Counted from the first letter of the stretch, positions 1-11,381 are shown. The stretch is DNA of 64,000 nt from an uncultured Alphaproteobacteria bacterium (GCA_963849845.1 CAWKIJ010000008.1:430-64429); one strand, 5' to 3'. The notes: generated from the letters alone by a model not told the origin. Program-made: numbers and translations.

Positions 1-3000
1 TTGCAGGCGGCGCGGCGATCGGCACGATCACCGGCGGTCCGACCAGCTTCACGCTGACGCCGGCTGCGGGTCATACGCTGGGCGAGGTCGCGGCGGCGGT
101 GCAGGTCACCCTGCCGGCGGGTAGTTTCCACGGGTCGATCACGGGTCACATCAACTTCGGACAGCCATGAGGCGAACACGCCGCAGGGTTCGGTTGCGGG
201 CTCGGGCCTGGAACCGGACACCTCGGACAACACCAAGACGGACACGGCGACCTTCACGTTGAACGTGACGCCGGACACGCATGTGACGACGTCGTCGGCG
301 GTTGTTGGTCCGAACGGTGTTGGCTACCTGAAGGAAGACGTGCAGGGCGACCTGCAGCTGACGGCGACGCCGGGAGTTGGCGACCAGGTGACGGAGATCA
401 AGCTGTCGGGGATCCCGGCGGGGTGGTCGGTTGACACGGTTGTTGGTCATATCACGCTGAGCAACGGGACGGTCGGTGCGGTGACGCTGGTTGGCGGTGT
501 GCTGACGATCCCGGTTGTGGGGGCGACGGCGGGTGCTGCGGTCACGGCGACGGTGCATGTGACGCCGAGCGAGGACACGGACGTCGACGGGACGGGTCTG
601 ACGGTGACGGCGCATGTGGTCGACGGGGCCAATGCGGCGGACGGCTCGTCGGGCCTGAACGTGACGGTTGATGCGGTGCTCGACCAGTATCTGGACGTCG
701 GCGGCTCGACGCAGACGATCGCGGAGACGGCGGGGAGCAACACGGTTGGCCTCGGGCTGTCGGCGGTGCTGAGCTCGGCCGGGTTCGCGAACTCGGGTGC
801 GGGCGGTGCGGATACGGACGGCTCGGAAGTGCGCAGCGTCACGGTGGTGCTGAACAGCCCGCTGCCGGCCGGCGGGAGCCTGTCGATTGCAGGCGGCGCG
901 GCGATTGGCACGATCACCGGCGGTCCGACCAGCTTCACGCTGACGCCGGCTGCGGGTCATACGCTGGGCGAGGTCGCGGCGGCGGTGCAGGTCACCCTGC
1001 CGGCGGGCTTCGACGGGTCGATCACGGGTCACATCGACTCGGACAGCCATGAGGCGAACACGCCGCAGGGTTCGGTTGCGGGCTCGGGCCTGGAACCGGA
1101 CACCTCGGACAACACCAAGACGGACACGGCGACCTTCACGTTGAACGTGACGCCGGACACGCATGTGACGACGTCGTCGGCGGTTGTTGGTCCGAACGGT
1201 GTTGGCTACCTGAAGGAAGACGTGCAGGGCGACCTGCAGCTGACGGCGACGCCGGGAGTTGGCGACCAGGTGACGGAGATCAAGCTGTCGGGGATCCCGG
1301 CGGGGTGGTCGGTTGACACGGTTGTTGGTCATATCACGCTGAGCAACGGGACGGTCGGTGCGGTGACGCTGGTTGGCGGTGTGCTGACGATCCCGGTTGT
1401 GGGGGCGACGGCGGGTGCTGCGGTCACGGCGACGGTGCATGTGACGCCGAGCGAGGACACGGACGTCGACGGGACGGGTCTGACGGTGACGGCGCATGTG
1501 GTCGACGGGGCCAATGCGGCGGACGGCTCGTCGGGCCTGAACGTGACGGTTGATGCGGTGCTCGACCAGTATCTGGACGTCGGCGGCTCGACGCAGACGA
1601 TCGCGGAGACGGCGGGGAGCAACACGGTTGGCCTCGGTCTGTCGGCGGTGCTGAGCTCGGCCGGGTTCGCGAACTCGGGTGCGGGCGGTGCGGATACGGA
1701 CGGCTCGGAAGTGCGCAGCGTCACGGTGGTGCTGAACAGCCCGCTGCCGGCCGGCGGGAGCCTGTCGATTGCAGGCGGCGCGGCGATTGGCACGATCACC
1801 GGCGGTCCGACCAGCTTCACGCTGACGCCGGCTGCGGGTCATACGCTGGGCGAGGTCGCGGCGGCGGTGCAGGTCACCCTGCCGGCGGGCTTCGACGGGT
1901 CGATCACGGGTCACATCGACTCGGACAGCCATGAGGCGAACACGCCGCAGGGTTCGGTTGCGGGCTCGGGCCTGGAACCGGACACCTCGGACAACACCAA
2001 GACGGACACGGCGACCTTCACGTTGAACGTGACGCCGGACACGCATGTGACGACGTCGTCGGCGGTTGTTGGTCCGAACGGTGTTGGCTACCTGAAGGAA
2101 GACGTGCAGGGCGACCTGCAGCTGACGGCGACGCCGGGAGTTGGCGACCAGGTGACGGAGATCAAGCTGTCGGGGATCCCGGCGGGGTGGTCGGTTGACA
2201 CGGTTGTTGGTCATATCACGCTGAGCAACGGGACGGTCGGTGCGGTGACGCTGGTTGGCGGTGTGCTGACGATCCCGGTTGTGGGGGCGACGGCGGGTGC
2301 TGCGGTCACGGCGACGGTGCATGTGACGCCGAGCGAGGACACGGACGTCGACGGGACGGGTCTGACGGTGACGGCGCATGTGGTCGACGGGGCCAATGCG
2401 GCGGACGGCTCGTCGGGCCTGAACGTGACGGTTGATGCGGTGCTCGACCAGTATCTGGACGTCGGCGGCTCGACGCAGACGATCGCGGAGACGGCGGGGA
2501 GCAACACGGTTGGCCTCGGGCTGTCGGCGGTGCTGAGCTCGGCCGGGTTCGCGAACTCGGGTGCGGGCGGTGCGGATACGGACGGCTCGGAAGTGCGCAG
2601 CGTCACGGTGGTGCTGAACAGCCCGCTGCCGGCCGGCGGGAGCCTGTCGATTGCAGGCGGCGCGGCGATTGGCACGATCACCGGCGGTCCGACCAGCTTC
2701 ACGCTGACGCCGGCTGCGGGTCATACGCTGGGCGAGGTCGCGGCGGCGGTGCAGGTCACCCTGCCGGCGGGCTTCGACGGGTCGATCACGGGTCACATCG
2801 ACTCGGACAGCCATGAGGCGAACACGCCGCAGGGTTCGGTTGCGGGCTCGGGCCTGGAACCGGACACCTCGGACAACACCAAGACGGACACGGCGACCTT
2901 CACGTTGAACGTGACGCCGGACACGCATGTGACGACGTCGTCGGCGGTTGTTGGTCCGAACGGTGTTGGCTACCTGAAGGAAGACGTGCAGGGCGACCTG

Positions 3001-6000
3001 CAGCTGACGGCGACGCCGGGAGTTGGCGACCAGGTGACGGAGATCAAGCTGTCGGGGATCCCGGCGGGGTGGTCGGTTGACACGGTTGTTGGTCATATCA
3101 CGCTGAGCAACGGGACGGTCGGTGCGGTGACGCTGGTTGGCGGTGTGCTGACGATCCCGGTTGTGGGGGCGACGGCGGGTGCTGCGGTCACGGCGACGGT
3201 GCATGTGACGCCGAGCGAGGACACGGACGTCGACGGGACGGGTCTGACGGTGACGGCGCATGTGGTCGACGGGGCCAATGCGGCGGACGGCTCGTCGGGC
3301 CTGAACGTGACGGTTGATGCGGTGCTCGACCAGTATCTGGACGTCGGCGGCTCGACGCAGACGATCGCGGAGACGGCGGGGAGCAACACGGTTGGCCTCG
3401 GGCTGTCGGCGGTGCTGAGCTCGGCCGGGTTCGCGAACTCGGGTGCGGGCGGTGCGGATACGGACGGCTCGGAAGTGCGCAGCGTCACGGTGGTGCTGAA
3501 CAGCCCGCTGCCGGCCGGCGGGAGCCTGTCGATTGCAGGCGGCGCGGCGATTGGCACGATCACCGGCGGTCCGACCAGCTTCACGCTGACGCCGGCTGCG
3601 GGTCATACGCTGGGCGAGGTCGCGGCGGCGGTGCAGGTCACCCTGCCGGCGGGCTTCGACGGGTCGATCACGGGTCACATCGACTCGGACAGCCATGAGG
3701 CGAACACGCCGCAGGGTTCGGTTGCGGGCTCGGGCCTGGAACCGGACACCTCGGACAACACCAAGACGGACACGGCGACCTTCACGTTGAACGTGACGCC
3801 GGACACGCATGTGACGACGTCGTCGGCGGTTGTTGGTCCGAACGGTGTTGGCTACCTGAAGGAAGACGTGCAGGGCGACCTGCAGCTGACGGCGACGCCG
3901 GGAGTTGGCGACCAGGTGACGGAGATCAAGCTGTCGGGGATCCCGGCGGGGTGGTCGGTTGACACGGTTGTTGGTCATATCACGCTGAGCAACGGGACGG
4001 TCGGTGCGGTGACGCTGGTTGGCGGTGTGCTGACGATCCCGGTTGTGGGGGCGACGGCGGGTGCTGCGGTCACGGCGACGGTGCATGTGACGCCGAGCGA
4101 GGACACGGACGTCGACGGGACGGGTCTGACGGTGACGGCGCATGTGGTCGACGGGGCCAATGCGGCGGACGGCTCGTCGGGCCTGAACGTGACGGTTGAT
4201 GCGGTGCTCGACCAGTATCTGGACGTCGGCGGCTCGACGCAGACGATCGCGGAGACGGCGGGGAGCAACACGGTTGGCCTCGGGCTGTCGGCGGTGCTGA
4301 GCTCGGCCGGGTTCGCGAACTCGGGTGCGGGCGGTGCGGATACGGACGGCTCGGAAGTGCGCAGCGTCACGGTGGTGCTGAACAGCCCGCTGCCGGCCGG
4401 CGGGAGCCTGTCGATTGCAGGCGGCGCGGCGATTGGCACGATCACCGGCGGTCCGACCAGCTTCACGCTGACGCCGGCTGCGGGTCATACGCTGGGCGAG
4501 GTCGCGGCGGCGGTGCAGGTCACCCTGCCGGCGGGCTTCGACGGGTCGATCACGGGTCACATCGACTCGGACAGCCATGAGGCGAACACGCCGCAGGGTT
4601 CGGTTGCGGGCTCGGGCCTGGAACCGGACACCTCGGACAACACCAAGACGGACACGGCGACCTTCACGTTGAACGTGACGCCGGACACGCATGTGACGAC
4701 GTCGTCGGCGGTTGTTGGTCCGAACGGTGTTGGCTACCTGAAGGAAGACGTGCAGGGCGACCTGCAGCTGACGGCGACGCCGGGAGTTGGCGACCAGGTG
4801 ACGGAGATCAAGCTGTCGGGGATCCCGGCGGGGTGGTCGGTTGACACGGTTGTTGGTCATATCACGCTGAGCAACGGGACGGTCGGTGCGGTGACGCTGG
4901 TTGGCGGTGTGCTGACGATCCCGGTTGTGGGGGCGACGGCGGGTGCTGCGGTCACGGCGACGGTGCATGTGACGCCGAGCGAGGACACGGACGTCGACGG
5001 GACGGGTCTGACGGTGACGGCGCATGTGGTCGACGGGGCCAATGCGGCGGACGGCTCGTCGGGCCTGAACGTGACGGTTGATGCGGTGCTCGACCAGTAT
5101 CTGGACGTCGGCGGCTCGACGCAGACGATCGCGGAGACGGCGGGGAGCAACACGGTTGGCCTCGGGCTGTCGGCGGTGCTGAGCTCGGCCGGGTTCGCGA
5201 ACTCGGGTGCGGGCGGTGCGGATACGGACGGCTCGGAAGTGCGCAGCGTCACGGTGGTGCTGAACAGCCCGCTGCCGGCCGGCGGGAGCCTGTCGATTGC
5301 AGGCGGCGCGGCGATTGGCACGATCACCGGCGGTCCGACCAGCTTCACGCTGACGCCGGCTGCGGGTCATACGCTGGGCGAGGTCGCGGCGGCGGTGCAG
5401 GTCACCCTGCCGGCGGGCTTCGACGGGTCGATCACGGGTCACATCGACTCGGACAGCCATGAGGCGAACACGCCGCAGGGTTCGGTTGCGGGCTCGGGCC
5501 TGGAACCGGACACCTCGGACAACACCAAGACGGACACGGCGACCTTCACGTTGAACGTGACGCCGGACACGCATGTGACGACGTCGTCGGCGGTTGTTGG
5601 TCCGAACGGTGTTGGCTACCTGAAGGAAGACGTGCAGGGCGACCTGCAGCTGACGGCGACGCCGGGAGTTGGCGACCAGGTGACGGAGATCAAGCTGTCG
5701 GGGATCCCGGCGGGGTGGTCGGTTGACACGGTTGTTGGTCATATCACGCTGAGCAACGGGACGGTCGGTGCGGTGACGCTGGTTGGCGGTGTGCTGACGA
5801 TCCCGGTTGTGGGGGCGACGGCGGGTGCTGCGGTCACGGCGACGGTGCATGTGACGCCGAGCGAGGACACGGACGTCGACGGGACGGGTCTGACGGTGAC
5901 GGCGCATGTGGTCGACGGGGCCAATGCGGCGGACGGCTCGTCGGGCCTGAACGTGACGGTTGATGCGGTGCTCGACCAGTATCTGGACGTCGGCGGCTCG

Positions 6001-6862
6001 ACGCAGACGATCGCGGAGACGGCGGGGAGCAACACGGTTGGCCTCGGGCTGTCGGCGGTGCTGAGCTCGGCCGGGTTCGCGAACTCGGGTGCGGGCGGTG
6101 CGGATACGGACGGCTCGGAAGTGCGCAGCGTCACGGTGGTGCTGAACAGCCCGCTGCCGGCCGGCGGGAGCCTGTCGATTGCAGGCGGCGCGGCGATTGG
6201 CACGATCACCGGCGGTCCGACCAGCTTCACGCTGACGCCGGCTGCGGGTCATACGCTGGGCGAGGTCGCGGCGGCGGTGCAGGTCACCCTGCCGGCGGGC
6301 TTCGACGGGTCGATCACGGGTCACATCGACTCGGACAGCCATGAGGCGAACACGCCGCAGGGTTCGGTTGCGGGCTCGGGCCTGGAACCGGACACCTCGG
6401 ACAACACCAAGACGGACACGGCGACCTTCACGTTGAACGTGACGCCGGACACGCATGTGACGACGTCGTCGGCGGTTGTTGGTCCGAACGGTGTTGGCTA
6501 CCTGAAGGAAGACGTGCAGGGCGACCTGCAGCTGACGGCGACGCCGGGAGTTGGCGACCAGGTGACGGAGATCAAGCTGTCGGGGATCCCGGCGGGGTGG
6601 TCGGTTGACACGGTTGTTGGTCATATCACGCTGAGCAACGGGACGGTCGGTGCGGTGACGCTGGTTGGCGGTGTGCTGACGATCCCGGTTGTGGGGGCGA
6701 CGGCGGGTGCTGCGGTCACGGCGACGGTGCATGTGACGCCGAGCGAGGACACGGACGTCGACGGGACGGGTCTGACGGTGACGGCGCATGTGGTCGACGG
6801 GGCCAATGCGGCGGACGGCTCGTCGGGCCTGAACGTGACGGTTGATGCGGTGCTCGACCAGT
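1..6862 (+). repeat. Near-perfect 882-bp tandem repeat array (coding, 294 aa per unit)
   Basis: Units start at 259, 1141, 2023, 2905, 3787, 4669, 5551 and 6433, giving seven full units plus partial units at both ends. The seven antisense 163-aa ORFs in the track are letter-identical except for one S->R. That change maps to the single internal substitution, G->T at nt 1638. Confidence 0.97.
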
Positions 6863-9153
6863 TCGTCGATGTTTCCTCGTCGGCACTGGCGGCCATCGCC
6901 GAGACGATCGGCGCCCACAACGCATCACTGGGCCTGTCGGCGGCTCTGAGTTCGGCGGCGTTCGCCAACTCTCTGGCGGGCGGTGCCGATACCGACGGGT
7001 CCGAGCTCTATAGCGTCACGGTGGCGATCGATGGGACGTCGAACACCGCGGGTGTAGACTTGGTTCTGGTCGGCGCGCCGGCGGGCAGTATCTTGACGGA
7101 AATGCCGGCCGGGAGCGGAAGCTACGTTCTAACGGCGACTTCCGCGGCAAACCTGGCTTCAGCGGTATCGTCGATTCAAGCATCTCTGCCAGCGGGCTTT
7201 GACGGCACGATCACCGGAACGCTGAGTTCCAGCGCCAAGGAAGCGAACACGCCGCAGGGTTCGGTGGCGGGATCGGGCAATGAGCCCGACGTGGCGGACA
7301 ATACCAAGACGGACACGGCGAACTTTACGTTGGTGGTGAACAAGAATTTGCCAACCGGTGGGACCGATACAGCGACTGTCGCGGAACATGGCAACGAAGC
7401 CGTCGGCACGTTCGCCGCCGGTACGCTGCCTGCAACCAACGATGAAGATGCTAGCGGAACGCTGACGTTCAGCTACGGACCAGATGGTGCCGCCGCTAGC
7501 AATCCGTTCCTATGGAATACCGGCCTCAATGCCGTCGTGGCAAAGGACCCCGACAATGGCAATGCCGTAGTTCCGCTGACGTCCGGCGGAAGCCCGATCA
7601 CCTGGACTTCCAGCACCGTTGCCGGCCACCAGGTTCTGACGGGTACGGTTACCGGCGGACCGCATAACGGCGACGTCGTCGCGACAATCGACGTGGATCC
7701 GGCAACCAAGGCCTATACCTTCCATCTGCTGGGCGCCATCGATCATCCAGATGTCGGTCAAAGCGAAAGCAGCGACACGCTCAGCCTTGCCTTCAACTAC
7801 ACGGTGAAGGATGCGACCAACGATACCGCCAACGGCACGATTAACATCGTCGTCAAGGACGATGCCCCGGTCGCCAATGCGGCCGGTGCCACTGCTGCGG
7901 CGACCGCAGTCCTGAACACCAACCTGGTGCTCATCCTCGACGACTCCGGTTCGATGGGTGACGCGTCGGGTCTGCAGGGCCTCAACAAGCTTCAGGCGCT
8001 GCAGGCGGCGGTGAACGAGTTGCTGGAGCAGTACGGAAATCTCGGCGAGGTCCGGATCTGCTTCACCCGCTTCGACACGTCAGCCAGCAATCTCGGTGCG
8101 CAGACTTGGCTCACCCTGGATCAGGCAAAGACCGTGCTAGCGACGCTGTCGGCCGGCGGTAACACCAACTATGACGCCGCCTTGCTGCAAGCGATCTCGG
8201 CCTTTGACGACAATGGCCGTCTGATCGACGGTTTCACCGGCGGCACGGTAAACCCTGGCAATGCCGCACCGGTGCAGAACGTCTCGTACTTCATCTCCGA
8301 CGGCCAACCGACAGCCAATACGGACTGGCCGACAGTTAGTGGGACGTTGAACCAGAATGGCATCCAGGCGGGCGAAGAGACCGCTTGGGAAAACTTCCTG
8401 AAGGACTTCGATATCAAGTCCTACGCAATCGGTGTCGGCCCGGATTTCGTCGGCAATGAGGCCAATATCGAACCGATCTCCTATGACGGCCGTGGTGCCG
8501 GCAAGGAAGATACTTTGGAGGATCCGGTCAACGGTGATGCCGGCCTGTTGATCACGTTGACCGATTTCAGCCAGCTGCAGCAGGCGCTGGTTGCCACAAT
8601 TCCTCCGGTGTCGGCGACACTGCTGAGCAGCGGCAACACCTTCGGTGCCGACGACGGCTTTGTGAAGAGCCTGACCTTCGGCAGCGGCGGTAACACGACC
8701 ACCATCTCCTACAATCCGGCTGCGCCTGGGTCGGTGAGCGTGGTCAATGCCGGGACTGGTGGCGGTGTGATCGGTGCCCCCGGCTGGGTGGCCGGTACCT
8801 TCACGCTCACGGTGGTGATCGCCGAGGGCACCCTGGTGATCAATATGGAAACCGGCAGCTATACCTTCACGCCGGTTGCCGGACTGGGCTCGACCACGAT
8901 CGCTGTCGGCTTTACACTCAGCGACTTCGACGGCGATACGGCGAGCAACGTCCTTACCCTGGGTCTGAGCGCCGTGAATGTCGGGCCGATCGCCCGCGAT
9001 GACCTGGTCATCACCGCGGACACCTCCGGCACCTACACGATCGACTCCGCTTGGCTTACCTTCAACGATACCGATGCCAATGCCGACGCGATCAGCATCA
9101 CATGCGGTAGGTGCCGGGGCGGCGCTGGCGGCCGGCGTCATCACGGTCAATGA
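1..9153 (+). CDS. Giant repetitive RTX-type (type I secreted) adhesin, body segment; 5' end outside window; same gene as 8978..10048
   Basis: ORF 259..9153 is in frame 1 and stop-free from nt 58. Nt 3-167 encode the same repeat in frame 3 ([29 protein letters not shown]). A 294-aa Thr/Gly/Val/Asp-rich unit is repeated about 7.8 times, followed by one diverged unit, a beta-rich region ending [11 protein letters not shown], and a VWA domain ([13 protein letters not shown]). Confidence 0.85.
6863..7340 (+). repeat. Diverged terminal half-unit of the 882-bp repeat
   Basis: [58 protein letters not shown]...[31 protein letters not shown] aligns with [57 protein letters not shown]...[31 protein letters not shown] of the perfect units. 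Nucleotide identity ends at nt 6862. Confidence 0.9.
7915..8480 (+). other. von Willebrand factor A (VWA) domain region of the adhesin, with complete MIDAS motif
   Basis: DxSxS is present in [13 protein letters not shown], a Thr in [12 protein letters not shown] and an Asp in YFISDGQPT. The spacing and the alternating hydrophobic strands are typical of VWA folds. Confidence 0.8.
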
Positions 9154-10048
9154 TCTCGTCACGAGCTTCAACTACACTGCGACGGCGGGAGGCGATACCG
9201 ACGCCGCCACGGTGAGCGTCAGCCGCAACAACGCCCCGACGCTGAATGGCAACGGTCTGGACAACGTAATCATCGGTGATGATGTCGACAATGAAACGAT
9301 GAACGGCTACCAGGGCAACGACGTCCTGGTCGGCAATGCCGGCAATGACATACTGAACGGGGCCGAAGGCAACGATTGGCTGATCGGCGGTCTCGGCAAC
9401 GACACCCTGAACGGCGGGGCCGGGATCGACAAGCTGGACGGCGGCGACGGCAACGATACGCTGAACGGCGGCGACGGCAACGATACGCTGAACGGCGGCA
9501 TCGGCAACGATCTCCTGAACGGGGACAACAACGATGACACGCTGAACGGCGGTGACGGCAACGACACGCTCACCGGCGGCAGCGGCACCGACAACCTGCA
9601 TGGCGATGCCGGCAATGACACGCTGAACTATGACGCCAGCGACACCTTCGACGGTGGTGCTGACTTCGACATGGTGCTGTCGACCGGGAACCTGACCTTC
9701 GACGCGGTCGGCGCCGGGCTGAAGTTCACCAGCGTCGAGATGGTGAGCCTCGGCGACTCCGACAACAACGTTCAGAACACCTTGACCCTGGATGTTGCCG
9801 ACGTGGTTTCGGGTGCAAACATCGCATCCCTCGGCGGCAATAATGTCGATCTGTTCGTGATTGGCGACAATGCGGGCGGCACGAAGGATACCGTGGACCT
9901 CAACGGGTTCGGCGCAGGGGCCATCGCCACCGGCCAGGCCTTCGTCGATGCGGTCACCGGGATCTCGCACACCTATGACCTCTATCAGGGTACGGGTGGG
10001 AATACCGGTGTCGTCGTCGCCATTGAGCAGGGCCTGACTGTTGCCTGA
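8978..10048 (+). CDS. C-terminal RTX / type I secretion-signal segment of the same giant adhesin (meaningful reading starts about nt 9104)
   Basis: ORF 8978..10048 is in frame 2. From nt 9104 it reads [39 protein letters not shown], then about 11 tandem GGxGxDxLx nonapeptides ([35 protein letters not shown]...). A non-repeat Asp/Gly/Val-rich tail of about 135 aa follows, in the usual position of a T1SS signal. The residues encoded by 8978-9103 in this frame ([17 protein letters not shown]) look like out-of-frame noise. Confidence 0.85.
   Translation: MSGRSPAMTWSSPRTPPAPTRSTPLGLPSTIPMPMPTRSASHAVGAGAALAAGVITVNDLVTSFNYTATAGGDTDAATVSVSRNNAPTLNGNGLDNVIIGDDVDNETMNGYQGNDVLVGNAGNDILNGAEGNDWLIGGLGNDTLNGGAGIDKLDGGDGNDTLNGGDGNDTLNGGIGNDLLNGDNNDDTLNGGDGNDTLTGGSGTDNLHGDAGNDTLNYDASDTFDGGADFDMVLSTGNLTFDAVGAGLKFTSVEMVSLGDSDNNVQNTLTLDVADVVSGANIASLGGNNVDLFVIGDNAGGTKDTVDLNGFGAGAIATGQAFVDAVTGISHTYDLYQGTGGNTGVVVAIEQGLTVA
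9302..9636 (+). repeat. RTX calcium-binding nonapeptide repeats (coding)
   Basis: The stretch reads [107 protein letters not shown]. This matches the GGxGxDxUx consensus about 11 times. Confidence 0.95.
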
Positions 10049-10059
10049 TTGCTAAAAAT

Positions 10060-10088
10060 CGAGCCGATATCGTCGAGATATCGGCTCG
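10060..10088 (+). terminator. Stem-loop downstream of the adhesin stop codon
   Basis: A perfect 12-bp stem, CGAGCCGATATC (10060-10071) pairing with GATATCGGCTCG (10077-10088), encloses a 5-nt loop. It starts 12 nt after the TGA at 10046-10048. There is no 3' T-tract on the plus strand; an A-run precedes the stem. Confidence 0.55.
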
Positions 10089-10501
10089 AAGGCGCCGTGA
10101 ATTGACCTAAAATCGGAGGCTCCGCCGGGCAAAGCCGGTGAGACCAATGGGTGGTGGCAGAGAAACGGGCTAAACTGCGGGATTAGAACCGGTTTCAACT
10201 CGTTACATTGATGCCGGTCGCTGAAGTGGGGTTGGCAGGATTGAATTCCCGACCATGGGCCTTAAGGGATGGCGGGGCGTCCCCCGAAATACTGGCAGGC
10301 ACCAATGGCTTATAGTCTGCGGTGTGGTGCAATCGGGAATTGGTGGTGCCGCGTTAGAGAATGTTGACGGCCCTTAAGGGCAGCGAAAGAAAAGAAGTGT
10401 TGCTTGACCTTACACGATGATGGGTCGAGCATCATTTTCTAAGAGTGGATGGTCAATACTTGGCGAATCGAATGGGCCCGGAGGGCCCGGAGGGAAACAT
10501 C

Positions 10502-11248
10502 ATGAAAACGTGGCTTGGAGGCTTTGCCGGTTCCGTCGCCGCTGTCTTGGCGATCTCAGCGGTGACCGTGGATGCCGAAGCGTCCCCGATCGCGCAGGTG
10601 ACCAACATCGTGAACACGGCATTCCGGAGTCCGCCGGGTGAATCCGAGCTCCCCGTCAAGGTCAGTGACGAGTTGGTGCAGGACGAGGCCCTCCGCACCG
10701 AGTCGGATTCAACGGTCGAACTCAACTTCATCGACGGTTCCCAGATGAGTCTGGAACCTGAAAGCGAACTCGTGTTGTCGAAATACGTGTTCGATCCGGA
10801 AGGCAAGCAGACGGCGGCGATCATCGAGCTCCAATCGGGAACCTTCCACTACACCTCAAACGGCGCACCCGATCAGGACATCGTGCTGCAGACGCCGGTC
10901 GCCACGATCGGAATTCGAGGAACCGAACTCCTCATCCATATCGTGCCTAGCGTGACGATTCCCAACACTCTCAGCCTCAAGGTCGACGTCATCGACGGAT
11001 TGATCAACGTGCAGCCCGGCGGCAAGGGCAAGGGCGCACAGGCGGAGGGAGGCCAGAGCGTCTCCGTTGGTGGCCCGAACGAGGATGCATCGGTTGGCGA
11101 TATTGGTGATGTGGCAACCGCAGCCGGAGCCCCGCCGTCTTCAAGCACGGCCGAGCCGAGTGATGATGACAAGGAACGAAATGGCCCCTCGGCTGATAAG
11201 AAGTCGGATGGCCCAGCTGGAGCCAAAGGGGACGCCCGTCCCGATTGA
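10502..11248 (+). CDS. Secreted FecR-domain protein
   Basis: This lies within ORF 10445..11248. The preferred start is ATG 10502, giving the signal peptide MKTWLGGFAGSVAAVLAISAVTVDA, and it is preceded by GGAGGG. A FecR-like pattern is present: DEALRTESDSTVELNFIDGSQMSLEPESELVLSKY ... VATIGIRGTELLI. The C-terminal tail is acidic and low-complexity. Confidence 0.75.
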   Translation: MKTWLGGFAGSVAAVLAISAVTVDAEASPIAQVTNIVNTAFRSPPGESELPVKVSDELVQDEALRTESDSTVELNFIDGSQMSLEPESELVLSKYVFDPEGKQTAAIIELQSGTFHYTSNGAPDQDIVLQTPVATIGIRGTELLIHIVPSVTIPNTLSLKVDVIDGLINVQPGGKGKGAQAEGGQSVSVGGPNEDASVGDIGDVATAAGAPPSSSTAEPSDDDKERNGPSADKKSDGPAGAKGDARPD

Positions 11249-11381
11249 GAAAGGATGATCGGCGGTTGGATCGGCTGCTGAGCATACCCGGATGGCTGCG
11301 TGATCGGCGCGGGAATCATCATCGATTGAGACTGCAATGGTGTTCCGCCCCAGCAGAACACCGGTCGTTGAAGTAGCTGAA

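Noticed and set aside
447-6230. Seven identical 163-aa minus-strand ORFs (447..938, 1329..1820, ... 5739..6230), which look like a multicopy small gene family.
   Set aside because: They are a second antisense frame of the same repeat unit, with Pro/Ala/Thr/Ser-rich composition. There is one per unit at fixed phase. Nothing independent supports them as coding.
151-6918. A 2255-aa ORF on the minus strand, longer than most real genes in the window.
   Set aside because: It is the reverse complement of the 882-bp repeat array. Its translation is Arg/His-rich low complexity ([12 protein letters not shown]...) and exactly periodic. The sense frame continues into recognisable VWA and RTX domains. 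Stop-free antisense frames are expected at this GC content.
10417-10641. A 74-aa ORF overlapping the start of the FecR-domain gene.
   Set aside because: It is out of frame with a gene that has a clear signal peptide and domain pattern. Its translation is Gly/Arg-rich and it has no Shine-Dalgarno sequence.
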